Assembly (NCBI RefSeq): GCF_023566055.1
Contig: NZ_JALIQP010000001.1
Location: 610,059 to 642,058, forward strand
Reading direction: 5' to 3'
Length of the DNA stretch: 32,000 nt
Origin: Halosolutus amylolyticus
GTDB lineage: Archaea > Halobacteriota > Halobacteria > Halobacteriales > Natrialbaceae
The translations under genes and the position numbers were made by a program. The notes beneath the pieces were generated by a model. The model had not been told where the DNA came from and ran no database searches. It saw nothing but the letters and a program-made list of their open reading frames with translations. Position 1 is the first letter of the stretch; every line of letters starts with the position of its first letter. Positions 1 to 8,681 of the stretch are shown here, piece by piece.

Positions 1-1613
1 TGCGGATCAAACAATGCTTGCCAGTTGCGACACGGGGATAACTGTGTCTGCTCTACACGGTTGACGAACCCCCAGTCCGTACTACCGTGCTGTCTACTAT
101 TGACTGCCTCGCGGAGCGTTGCAGTTCCGGGCCACTCGTCAATACGGACAAACCGCGTCGTACCTACAGGCTCTGTACACTCTTTCGCCTCAAGGAATGC
201 GATGAGAGCGGTCGTTTGAGCTGTCTCGAAAACTCGTTCACCGGCTGGGTCAAACTGCACGAGCGCTTTGACGTCAAACTCATCCAGCAAGAACTGTTTG
301 AGGGACTCACCGTAATTCGTCGCAAGCCAACTCTGCGGAGTAATGATCGCAGCACGATCACCTGTATCGAGAAACTGTCGTGCGTGGTACCAGAAGTACG
401 CATACAACGGTGTTACGGCGCTTATTGTTCGTCCCGTTTCTTCCTCGGCTTGCGCGATTACCATCTCTTTGTAGGTTGTTGGAAGTTCGTGGTGACGGGT
501 GTATGGTGGGTTGCAAATAATTGCGTCAACGGCCTCATCAAGATCGTCTGGTGACAAAGAGAGAAAGTCGCTCGCTAATGGTTCATGTGCTTGACCGGCG
601 AGTCGCTGAGCGGTTATTCCCATGTGAAGTGCGAGTGGACTGCGATCAACTCCAAGAACGCGAGCCGGATCAGTACTGACGCTCCATCGCGGGTGACACG
701 GTGTCGACAACCCGCCAGCACCCATTCCTGGATCAAGGACAGTATTGTTGCCGGTGGCTGCCCACGTGCGCATTAGTTCCCCTAGTTCAGGTGGTGTTCG
801 GTGCTGTCCGAGTTCCCGCCGTTCCTCTTTCGGGATCAGCGATTCGTACAGTGCTCCGATGTCTTCGGCTGGTCGCGGCGAGTACAGCAACCGGTGCCGT
901 TCGTCTACGACTGCTTCTATCTTCTCCTCGCTAGCGAAACAGACGATCTCATCAAGGATCGACTCACAAAACACAGGATCCTCCGTTTGCTTCCCCGCCT
1001 GTCGTACACCCCTTGGAAGGTCATCCGGGAGCGTCGGTACTTCTCCGCACTGGTCGTTGTATTCGCACAGTACCGACCTCAACAAGCGTTCAAAGACGGC
1101 CTGGCGAGCAACGATCCGTAGAACCGTCTTCCTTCGTGACGAATCGATTCCGTGGGTCTCACACCAAGCATCAATATCGTCACGAAGTAACTGCGAGGTG
1201 CTCGCCAGAGAAGGAATGATGGTGTTCGCAGCTGCCTTGATCTTCTCGACGAGTTGCTCTCCAACGCGCGGAAAGAACACGAGAGAGTCCTCATCCCACG
1301 TGTAGTCAAGCCGGTCAGTTACTCGGTCGGTGAACTCATCTTTCTGTTCGGGAATCCACACTGGTATCCCAACGTCAGCACCGGTACGGTAGAGTTCCTG
1401 CTTCGAAAACGGTGCCGGAAGAGGTTGCTCGTTATTCGTGAGGCGATCGATGACGATGTCGATCTGCTCAACTCGAAGCGCTTCCAAACTAACCGGAGTA
1501 ACCGGAACTTCGTTCGTCCCTACTCTATGCTCGATGCGTGGTGAAGTAGCCGAGTCATAGACAGTACAGGCTTCAGACCGCTGCAGTGTTGTTCCTATTA
1601 CAGGTGATACCAT
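1..1613 (-). CDS. gamma-class N6-adenine DNA methyltransferase domain protein (possibly an MmeI/Eco57I-like fused R-M enzyme); 3' end lies beyond the left window edge
   Basis: The ORF track omits it because it runs off the edge. I checked minus-strand codons (plus-strand triplets starting at multiples of 3) and found no stop from base 3 to 1733. ATG at 1613-1611; upstream in-frame stop at 1736-1734. The translation contains GQHRTPPELGELM (771-809), VLDPGMGAGGL (708-740) and NPPY (501-512), the X-I-IV motif order of gamma-class amino-methylases. About 270 aa precede motif X. Confidence 0.8.
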   Translation of the reverse strand, partial: MVSPVIGTTLQRSEACTVYDSATSPRIEHRVGTNEVPVTPVSLEALRVEQIDIVIDRLTNNEQPLPAPFSKQELYRTGADVGIPVWIPEQKDEFTDRVTDRLDYTWDEDSLVFFPRVGEQLVEKIKAAANTIIPSLASTSQLLRDDIDAWCETHGIDSSRRKTVLRIVARQAVFERLLRSVLCEYNDQCGEVPTLPDDLPRGVRQAGKQTEDPVFCESILDEIVCFASEEKIEAVVDERHRLLYSPRPAEDIGALYESLIPKEERRELGQHRTPPELGELMRTWAATGNNTVLDPGMGAGGLSTPCHPRWSVSTDPARVLGVDRSPLALHMGITAQRLAGQAHEPLASDFLSLSPDDLDEAVDAIICNPPYTRHHELPTTYKEMVIAQAEEETGRTISAVTPLYAYFWYHARQFLDTGDRAAIITPQSWLATNYGESLKQFLLDEFDVKALVQFDPAGERVFETAQTTALIAFLEAKECTEPVGTTRFVRIDEWPGTATLREAVNSRQHGSTDWGFVNRVEQTQLSPCRNWQALFDP

Positions 1614-1702
1614 GGAAACCTCGCTACGGGAACGATCCGCAGTACGCCAGCCACTACGTGAGTAGTGGAGTTCCGAGGCGAGCCCTATAGCTACGTGTCG
1701 AC

Positions 1703-2002
1703 TCAATGCTCGAATTCGTCGATGACGATGCTGCTATGGATAGCGCGGTTCTCACACCAGTCCAACGCCGCTTCTTCATCGAAGAGACGAAGCTCTTCAC
1801 CAGCCACCCACTCACCCTCACATAGTTTCGCGTACTCTGTAGCAGCCCCGCCTTCGCAGTGGAGAAGGTACTCTCCGTCTGTAGTCTTGTACAGGGTTTC
1901 AATTAGGTAATGGTAGTCTCCTCTGTCGGTGCTATGCGCGTACTGGACGATCTGTTCTGCTCGATCCGTGTCGTACAATTTCCGGTCGATCACTCGTTGC
2001 AT
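1703..2002 (-). CDS. small acidic hypothetical protein (99 aa) upstream of the methylase
   Basis: ATG-initiated ORF with acidic composition. It is co-directional with the methylase and ends 89 nt before the methylase ATG. A TATA-like box lies about 30 nt upstream of its ATG. No family recognised. Confidence 0.55.
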   Translation of the reverse strand: MQRVIDRKLYDTDRAEQIVQYAHSTDRGDYHYLIETLYKTTDGEYLLHCEGGAATEYAKLCEGEWVAGEELRLFDEEAALDWCENRAIHSSIVIDEFEH

Positions 2003-2027
2003 CGCAGACAGGTGAAATAACCTGATG

Positions 2028-2036
2028 TATATAATA
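2028..2036 (-). promoter_or_regulatory. TATA-like box for the 99-aa gene / methylase transcription unit
   Basis: The minus strand reads tattatata, centred about 30 nt upstream of the ATG at 2002. This spacing fits an archaeal TATA box with a leaderless mRNA. Confidence 0.35.
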
Positions 2037-2094
2037 CCTTGCCCAGAGAATACCTCGATACTACGCTATTACGCCGTGTAACACCGAAATCCAG

Positions 2095-2129
2095 ACTCAC
2101 AGCACGACCCTCATACTGACAGCACGACC
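2095..2129. repeat. 15-nt direct repeat x2 with a 20-bp period in the herA / 99-aa-gene spacer
   Basis: Read directly: 2095-2109 actcacagcacgacc and 2115-2129 actgacagcacgacc (14/15 identical). Confidence 0.7.
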
Positions 2130-2325
2130 ATATCGCCAATAGTGTTGATTATTTGACTTTATTGGGTGAGACCAACTACGAACCAAGCAATTCGCCGCGC
2201 GCGACGACCAGGACAAGCATAGCTAACAATGACTTCTTCGAAATCCAGAGACGGCTCCAGCACCTCCAAAAGAACGGATTGGACTGAAGCAGTAGACGAA
2301 TAGCCGTGATCTGGATGGGACGGAA

Positions 2326-4002
2326 TTAGTCGAGACTTTGGACGCCAGTTGAGTCGCCCTCACCGAAGTCAGCTGCTTCGGACCGCGATGGTTCGCGCTG
2401 GCGCTGATCATAGGCATCACGCCATTCGTCGATCACTGCGCGACTCTCAGCACCGTGTTCTGTGCGCCGACGTCGCACTTGGATGAGTGCTGGCGTGTTC
2501 ATCGCGTCGCCTGAGACAATTGCTTGCCCGGGCGTCAGTCCAGGTAATTCGCGGGTGACGTCCTCACCAGCAGCCTCGACAGATTTCTTAATCGCGTCCT
2601 GGTCGTTCGGATTCCGGATTTTCATTGAGATCTGTGTCCCGCACTGCGACAGCACGTCCGGGTCAATCTTTGACGGGCGTTGACTGATGATTCCGAGTCC
2701 GAACCCGAACTTACGCCCCTCGGACGCGATCGTCCGCATGATCCCAAGTGATGGGGCATCGCCTGACGCGGGAGCAAACCGATGCCCTTCTTCGAACAGT
2801 GCAAAGATAGGATGGTCAACCTCAGTGTCACGTCCTCGCACGTCATCGAGGCGCTCTCGGTAGAGTCGGCGGACGAGAACTGTCGTGATAAGCTGCTGAT
2901 CCCGTTTGTCCAGTGTGTCCATCTGGAGGACTGTACATTGGCCAGGGTCCACGATATCATCAAGCGGAACGTTTTCTTCAGGGTGGAACAGGTCGTTCCG
3001 TTGAATCGAGCGGCGAAGCCGCCATTCCAACGCCCCGACGCTGGAGTCATCTTCACCGTAGATTCGTTCCATTTCGTGGATGAGGTCATCTACTCCCCAA
3101 GTACGGCTCTCCTGGTTCTGCATCGAGCGCCACGCTGTCGAGAGCCGTTCTTGCATCCTGTTGCTCGGGTTATCCAGGATTGCCATGACGTCTCCGATCT
3201 CCAACTCGGAAATCCGAACGTGGAGCCGATCCGGATTGTAGTACACGACATCCGGCCTGTATCCGTCCTCACCCTCGAACGCCTCGTGACCCTGCATTTC
3301 GTCCAGCGTCCCGTATTCGCCGTGTGGGTCGAACACCAGTAGTGAGGCGCGGGAACTGGGCCGCATCATCTCTTCAATTAAGACGGACGCGGTGTAGGAT
3401 TTCCCGCTACCAGTCTCTGCGAGGATCGCTAAGTGCGTCGAGACGAACTCCTCAATAGGGACATGGATATTCGTCGCTTCCTCCGCTCGATTCAGTAACC
3501 AGCCAATGTGCGCGACGCCTCCCAACTCAGTCACGTCGACGCGGTCGGTTTCGCACCCGAGGTTCGGCAGCACCGTTTCGAGCTGAGGATCCGGTGCAAT
3601 AGACAAGGGCGTTCCCGGATCAGGAAGTTGCCGCGGGTTAGCGAACGTCGTCATATTCGCATCATAGTACCCGATAACCGTCGCTGTCAAACGGTACAAC
3701 TCCGTGTCGTCGTTCGGGACACCAAGTGTCGCCGCGACCGTGTCTGGCGCAACTCCCGGATCAGCGAGGAACCCCTCCGGGAGCCCTCTGATCAACTCAC
3801 GGTTCGTCACGCGAGCAAACACCGACCGGGTTTCGTCTTCGACCGAGACCGAGTACGTGATGAACTCACCTGTCTTGATCGTCCTGTCCGCTGGTGCAAC
3901 GAAGACGAACTCGTTCGGTCCGTCCCCAGGGCCGGCGACCGTCCCGATGACGTCCGAGCGGGCCGCCATTAGACCACCCCTCGCTGCTGGCGCGCCTGCC
4001 AT
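2326..4002 (-). CDS. herA: HerA-type FtsK/HerA-family hexameric ATPase/helicase
   Basis: Walker A in AILAETGSGKSYTASV. N-terminal HAS-barrel-like strand pattern (VIGTVAGPGDGPNEFVFVAP...GEFITYSV). FALFEEGHRFAP and GLGIISQRPSKIDPDVLSQCGTQISMKIRNPNDQ are typical of COG0433/DUF87 HerA. An alternative ATG at 3969 gives a TAATG junction with the upstream gene stop, so the true start may be 3969. Confidence 0.85.
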   Translation of the reverse strand: MAGAPAARGGLMAARSDVIGTVAGPGDGPNEFVFVAPADRTIKTGEFITYSVSVEDETRSVFARVTNRELIRGLPEGFLADPGVAPDTVAATLGVPNDDTELYRLTATVIGYYDANMTTFANPRQLPDPGTPLSIAPDPQLETVLPNLGCETDRVDVTELGGVAHIGWLLNRAEEATNIHVPIEEFVSTHLAILAETGSGKSYTASVLIEEMMRPSSRASLLVFDPHGEYGTLDEMQGHEAFEGEDGYRPDVVYYNPDRLHVRISELEIGDVMAILDNPSNRMQERLSTAWRSMQNQESRTWGVDDLIHEMERIYGEDDSSVGALEWRLRRSIQRNDLFHPEENVPLDDIVDPGQCTVLQMDTLDKRDQQLITTVLVRRLYRERLDDVRGRDTEVDHPIFALFEEGHRFAPASGDAPSLGIMRTIASEGRKFGFGLGIISQRPSKIDPDVLSQCGTQISMKIRNPNDQDAIKKSVEAAGEDVTRELPGLTPGQAIVSGDAMNTPALIQVRRRRTEHGAESRAVIDEWRDAYDQRQREPSRSEAADFGEGDSTGVQSLD

Positions 4003-4634
4003 TTTACGTTCTGCTCAACCACGTCTAATACACGCTGACTCGAATCGTCCTCCGGAAGCATCCTTCGCAACCGGTCGATGAGCGTCACGACCACTTCTGA
4101 CCCGAGATCGCCTGCAATATCTACGAGTCGATCCATATACGCCAACTGTATTTGCCCATCGACGCGGTGGAACGCTTCAACGAAGTGGTTCGGACAGTGG
4201 GACACCGTGTCGTCGACTTCCAGCGTCCATCGCGGCATTTGGTGACTTGGATCCGTGATCGCCCGATCGTCAGTGATGACCGCGGTTCCCAGCAACGCAA
4301 TTCCGACAAGCGTCGTTCGCTCCTCAATGTATCCTGGAGTGAACTGTGCCTGATCGTCTTGCGCTAATCGTGGCCCAGTTCGTCCCTGATCTGGATCCAC
4401 TAACTGCGTGTCGTAAATCACGCCGACAATCGCGTGTTCAGTCCCGTCAACAGTCTTCTTCATGAAGACCGGTTGCCCGAACTCGCGTTCGTGCAGTTCC
4501 GGCGGTCGGTCGCAGTCCCGTTCCTTGTACACCTCCGCGACGTAATCGAGGTGGCTGTTCGAGGACACGATGCTTCCGATCCGGACACACGAGTCTACGT
4601 CCGGTGAATCACTGGGTGTTGATGCGTTTGTCAT
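3969..4634 (-). CDS. hypothetical acidic protein (221 aa) between nurA-like and herA-like genes; N-terminus has a possible HAS-barrel/OB-like strand pattern
   Basis: ATG-initiated ORF in a coupled arrangement with herA. The N-terminal VRIGSIVSSNSHLDYVAEVY...FGQPVFMKK...HAIVGVIYDTQLV resembles the beta-barrel pattern at the HerA N-terminus. No family recognised. Confidence 0.6.
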   Translation of the reverse strand: MTNASTPSDSPDVDSCVRIGSIVSSNSHLDYVAEVYKERDCDRPPELHEREFGQPVFMKKTVDGTEHAIVGVIYDTQLVDPDQGRTGPRLAQDDQAQFTPGYIEERTTLVGIALLGTAVITDDRAITDPSHQMPRWTLEVDDTVSHCPNHFVEAFHRVDGQIQLAYMDRLVDIAGDLGSEVVVTLIDRLRRMLPEDDSSQRVLDVVEQNVKWQARQQRGVV

Positions 4635-4704
4635 AGATTTCGATTGGTGTTACTGCGTGTTGCTTGCTCAATGCGGGCTCCCGAGCCAATGCGATGAGCG
4701 ATCA

Positions 4705-5970
4705 TCATCGGCGGCGGAGTTCCTTACTGAGTGCTTTCGCGTTCCATTCGAGCGGCACGTCATTTGAGTCAGCCCACCGCTGGACAATCCGGTGGAACTG
4801 TTGACGATCTTGGTGATCGAGTACGGCGTCACTATCGGCCTGCTGGAGAATTTCAGGGTATCCCCGCCCGACACCGGCCTCTGCACGAACGATTTCAACA
4901 GTGTATTCGTACATCGAGTCATACCCAGCAGGCCCGTCGCTTCGACATAGCCAACCGGGGAACTCGATCCGGTCGAGACCGGCACCAGGCGGGACGTTCA
5001 GGTACGAAAATAGGATATCGTCCCGGAACTCGTACCGCTCGCCCTCATACGTCGTCTGTAACGCGTCAACACTCCCATCACGCTTCGATATAAACGGAAT
5101 CGTCGTATCGCCCCACGGACTCATCAACTCGGTCAAGACGTGCGCATCTGGGATGACGCGATCAGTCTCGAACTCATCCTGCAATAGGAGTCGCGTCATC
5201 TTCACGAGTTCAGTCGCGCTCGTGCCCGCAACGTATCCAACCAGCGGGATTTCGTGGTGTTGACTCGCCGCGATCACCCGGCTTAGCGTCGATATGTATC
5301 GATCGCGCGTCTCCGGCTTCAACGGATTCGCAAACGATGCGATCAGCGGCCCGTCATAGAACACGATCGGCGTGTGTTCTATGTCACCGGCATCACGAGC
5401 AGCTGCCAGGTTTACGAGTTGTTTGATGAGTAACGAGCCCTCGTATTCGAATCGGTGGTGGCCAACGAGTTGCGAATCGACGAACCGGTAATCTCCGTCC
5501 TCTGATTCCTGCGTGATCTCGTCGGGTGTCAACAGTCGCCCGTCGACACCTCGGTCGAGTCGCCCGTCGGCATGATGGTAATTGACCGCCCACGCCGCCT
5601 GCACGTACGCCAGAGGCACGTTGAACTCTGTAGTTGGTGGGAGTTGCGACCCGTCGACAGCCATAACCGGCACATCACGGAGAATCCCGCGCGCCCACTC
5701 GTTGATCTCCTCGTGGTTTTCCCACCCATCACTTTCGGAATGGGGGACAACGAGACTGCTAGCGGAATCGAACTCGTCGGTCGGGTACGCTCCAGGATAT
5801 GACGCCTGCTGTAACGCGTCACGTATCTTCTCGCTCGTCCACTCCTCAGGGAGCCGCTGGAACGCGTCTTGATACCGCTCGACGATCCCCGTACCATCGT
5901 CCAGATACGCTTCGATTGTCTCAACGCTGGACTCCAACTCGGCAGCAACCCCGTGTTTGTCGATCGGCAT
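4705..5970 (-). CDS. nurA: NurA-like 5'-3' nuclease
   Basis: Contains VMAVDGSQLPP (catalytic D-G-S strand), IVFYDGPLI and PLVGYVAGTSATELVKM, in the order expected for a NurA domain. Its start shares a TAATG junction with the rad50 stop (5968-5972). herA lies downstream. Confidence 0.65.
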   Translation of the reverse strand: MPIDKHGVAAELESSVETIEAYLDDGTGIVERYQDAFQRLPEEWTSEKIRDALQQASYPGAYPTDEFDSASSLVVPHSESDGWENHEEINEWARGILRDVPVMAVDGSQLPPTTEFNVPLAYVQAAWAVNYHHADGRLDRGVDGRLLTPDEITQESEDGDYRFVDSQLVGHHRFEYEGSLLIKQLVNLAAARDAGDIEHTPIVFYDGPLIASFANPLKPETRDRYISTLSRVIAASQHHEIPLVGYVAGTSATELVKMTRLLLQDEFETDRVIPDAHVLTELMSPWGDTTIPFISKRDGSVDALQTTYEGERYEFRDDILFSYLNVPPGAGLDRIEFPGWLCRSDGPAGYDSMYEYTVEIVRAEAGVGRGYPEILQQADSDAVLDHQDRQQFHRIVQRWADSNDVPLEWNAKALSKELRRR

Positions 5971-8681
5971 TAATTCACGGTCACCTCCGACGACTGCTGG
6001 TCCTTCTCCACGGTGACCGTGTAATCCGTCATCGAATCGAACGTCTGATCGTGGCTAATGACCGTAAGCTGTTCAAAACTGTCCAACTGCTTCAACTGCG
6101 TGACCAGATTCCGCTTCTTCTCCCGGTCCAGATTCGCCGTCGGCTCGTCGAGGAACGCCACCCCGACCGACGCCAACTGTTCAAGGATGGCAAGCCGTAC
6201 TGCAAGCGCAGCCGCCATCTTTTCACCGCCACTCAGCGTCGTGAACGACTTCCGCACGTCCGCATCGTGCACGACGATCTCGTAATCGCTCGTCCACTCC
6301 AGCGTCTCCGCGGATGCGCCACGGATCGTCCGGAACAACTCGTTCGCTCGTGTACCGATCCGATCCGTAATGATCTCACGCATCTTCGGCCCCGCTTCTC
6401 GCACGTTCTCCCGTACCCACGTAGCAAACTGCTGATCCGCTTTCAACTCCTTCAACTGCTGCAACTTCTCCTGGCGCTCCTCTAACTTCGCCTCTAACTC
6501 TTCGATTTCCTCTTGCGTCTCGGTCAGCGCTTCTTCTTTATGCTCTAATGACCGCCGATCACCAGCCAGTTCCTCTTTCAAGTCATCGATCTCTCCGTCA
6601 AGCGTCTCGAAGCGTTCTTCATCAAACGATGCTTGTGTCTCTTCCAGCTCAGCCTCCGTCTCTTCGAACTCGGCTTCGAGCTCCTCAAGGTCATCTTCCA
6701 ATTCCTCGACTCTCTCCCGACGTTCCTCAACTTGCGACGCCTGCTGCTCGTACTGTAGATACGTCTGATATGCCTCCTCCGTCTCTTCTAGCGTTTCCTC
6801 GACCTCAGCGATCTTCTCATCCAGCCCGTCGAACTCGTCTAACTCATCCTCAATCCAGTCAAGCACCGACTGTTCCTCTTCTAACTCAGAGCGCTTTTCT
6901 TCCAACTCCTCTGGTGCATCCGCGTGCTCGTCTACCCGGAACTCTGCCTTCTGGTACTCGTCATACGCCTCTTCCAAGTCATCACGTTCAGCTTCGAGGT
7001 CCGGGAGTTCCGCTAACTCGTCTTCTAACTCCGACAACTCCTCCTCAGTCCTCTCTTTCTCCTCACCGAGTTCGTCGAGATCGCCTTCTAACGACTCGAT
7101 CTTGTCCTGATGAAGAGAAATCTTCTCAACGCGCTGTTTGACCTCGTTCGCTGCCTCATGCCGCTCACGGAGCTTCTCAAGCTCTTCAGCAAGATCCGCA
7201 CGCTCCGCTTCAATCTCCTCAATTCGCTCTTCTCGCTGCTCAATCGTCTCCGACCGATGTTCTTCGTTTAATGGCTGATCACACGTCGGGCACGGCGCAT
7301 CAGCATCCGTATCACGCAACCGCTCTAACTGCTCTTCGAGTCGTTCCCGCTCGTTCTTCAGCTGTTTCCGACGAACCTCTTTGTCGTTAATCTCCTCCCC
7401 GATCTCGTCCGGATCCGTTGTCTCCGCCCACTCTTCTTCGATCTCGGCAATCGTCTCTTCTAACGACTCAATCTCCGCTTCCGTCTCCTCTATTTCTGCA
7501 GCGAGTTCCTCGATCTCCTGCTGGAATTCCTCGACGTCGTCTTCGCGGTCTTTCAGTGACTCAATCCGGTCATCCAGTTCCTCATACCGCTCCTTCTCAG
7601 TTTCAAGCGACTCTAACGTCTCTTGTGCTTCTTCCAGCGTCTCTGACTGCTCCTCAAGCTGCTCAACTCGGAACTCGATCGATTGAATCTCCTCTCTCTG
7701 TTCGTCGCGCTGGTCCTCAAGCGCGTCTCGCTCTTCCTCCTCCTCTTCTAACTCATCTAGTCGATCACTCGCATCCTGATACTGCTGATACCCGTCGCGG
7801 TTTGCCTCGCACTTGTCTTGGGCTTCCTCGGCAGCTTCAAGTTCCTCCTCAGCGCTTTCCAGTTGGTCCTCTGTCGCCTCGATTTCCTGATCCAAGGACT
7901 TAACCTCGTTTTCGAGGGACTCGATCTTCGCTTCGACAGCCTCTAACTCCTCATACTCTGCTTCTTTCTCCGATAACTCGGCCTCTTTCCGCTCGATACG
8001 CGCTTCGATCTCGTCAACTGCTTCAGCCAACGATTCTGCTTCCGCTCGTTCCTTCGGTAGGTTCTGCACTTCGCCAGTGAGCGTATCGATATCACTCCGA
8101 AGATCCTGCTGTTGCTTCTCAATCGCGTCCGGGATGTCTTTGAGTTGCTTCCACGATTCCTCGTACGCATCGAGATTCAGCAACGCGTCAAACGTCGATT
8201 TCCGATTCCGAGCCGTCTGCGAAAAGTCAGACAGGAACCGCGTCTGCGGGACCCCGATACACGACTCCCACAAGCTTCCTAACTCATCGCCATCCTCAAC
8301 GTCGAACCGAACGCATACCCAGTCCATCAACTGGCTTTTCGAATCGATGTCCTGGTCTATCCACTCATCACTTTCAGCGTCGTAGCGATGCACCCCGTAG
8401 TTCGACCGGCCAACCGACCTAGTAACTCGGAACCGCTCCGTCCCGTTTTCTGTGGGCGTGTCGAACGTGACCTCGACGGTCCCTGAGCTCGCGCCTTCTC
8501 GAACGAAATCCTTGTTGTTGAACGGCAGCGAATCGAATAACGCGAATCCGATCGCTTCCTGAATCGTTGATTTTCCTGCCCCGTTCTCACCGAGAATCGC
8601 CGTCACACCGCCCTCGATCGGTACCACTGTCCGGCCTTCGTACGACTTGATGTCTTCCAACGCGACTTCCGTGATTCTCAT
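5970..8681 (-). CDS. rad50: Rad50/SbcC-family SMC-like ATPase
   Basis: Walker A ILGENGAGKST. Very long E-rich coiled coil with a central zinc hook CPTC (7281-7292). Signature LSGGEKMAAALAVRLA and Walker B VAFLDEPTANLD. ATGA overlap with the mre11 stop (8678-8681). Confidence 0.9.
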   Translation of the reverse strand: MRITEVALEDIKSYEGRTVVPIEGGVTAILGENGAGKSTIQEAIGFALFDSLPFNNKDFVREGASSGTVEVTFDTPTENGTERFRVTRSVGRSNYGVHRYDAESDEWIDQDIDSKSQLMDWVCVRFDVEDGDELGSLWESCIGVPQTRFLSDFSQTARNRKSTFDALLNLDAYEESWKQLKDIPDAIEKQQQDLRSDIDTLTGEVQNLPKERAEAESLAEAVDEIEARIERKEAELSEKEAEYEELEAVEAKIESLENEVKSLDQEIEATEDQLESAEEELEAAEEAQDKCEANRDGYQQYQDASDRLDELEEEEEERDALEDQRDEQREEIQSIEFRVEQLEEQSETLEEAQETLESLETEKERYEELDDRIESLKDREDDVEEFQQEIEELAAEIEETEAEIESLEETIAEIEEEWAETTDPDEIGEEINDKEVRRKQLKNERERLEEQLERLRDTDADAPCPTCDQPLNEEHRSETIEQREERIEEIEAERADLAEELEKLRERHEAANEVKQRVEKISLHQDKIESLEGDLDELGEEKERTEEELSELEDELAELPDLEAERDDLEEAYDEYQKAEFRVDEHADAPEELEEKRSELEEEQSVLDWIEDELDEFDGLDEKIAEVEETLEETEEAYQTYLQYEQQASQVEERRERVEELEDDLEELEAEFEETEAELEETQASFDEERFETLDGEIDDLKEELAGDRRSLEHKEEALTETQEEIEELEAKLEERQEKLQQLKELKADQQFATWVRENVREAGPKMREIITDRIGTRANELFRTIRGASAETLEWTSDYEIVVHDADVRKSFTTLSGGEKMAAALAVRLAILEQLASVGVAFLDEPTANLDREKKRNLVTQLKQLDSFEQLTVISHDQTFDSMTDYTVTVEKDQQSSEVTVN

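Noticed and set aside
25-1544. A series of plus-strand ORFs in the supplied track (64-186 aa; e.g. 87-554, 745-1305, 1254-1544).
   Set aside because: They are antisense to, or out of frame with, a continuous minus-strand methylase ORF that has clear catalytic motifs. Their products are Arg/Ser/Cys-rich and non-acidic, unlike every supported protein in the window.
2223-2420. A 65-aa minus-strand ORF at the 3' end of herA, running into the spacer.
   Set aside because: It overlaps the herA coding end in another frame, has a basic low-complexity product, and has no independent start signal.
2782-4081. Plus-strand ORFs 2782-3342, 3508-3972 and 3704-4081.
   Set aside because: They are antisense to the herA-like gene, which has unambiguous Walker A and HerA motifs. 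Their products are basic and Arg-rich.
5799-6485. A 228-aa plus-strand ORF spanning the nurA/rad50 junction.
   Set aside because: It is an antisense artefact (Arg/Leu-rich, basic) that crosses a translationally coupled gene junction on the other strand.
6548-7903. Long plus-strand ORFs encoding Ser/Pro/Thr/Leu-rich low-complexity proteins (6548-7141, 7381-7686, 7418-7903).
   Set aside because: They are the mirror image of the GAG/GAA/CTC-rich coiled-coil coding region of rad50 on the minus strand. The open antisense frames are a compositional artefact.
6480-8100. Repetitive-looking ctc/ttc/gag-rich DNA that could be mistaken for a tandem repeat or CRISPR-like array.
   Set aside because: There is no fixed repeat unit or repeat-spacer periodicity. 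The region translates cleanly as the E/L/D-rich Rad50 coiled coil with a central CPTC hook.
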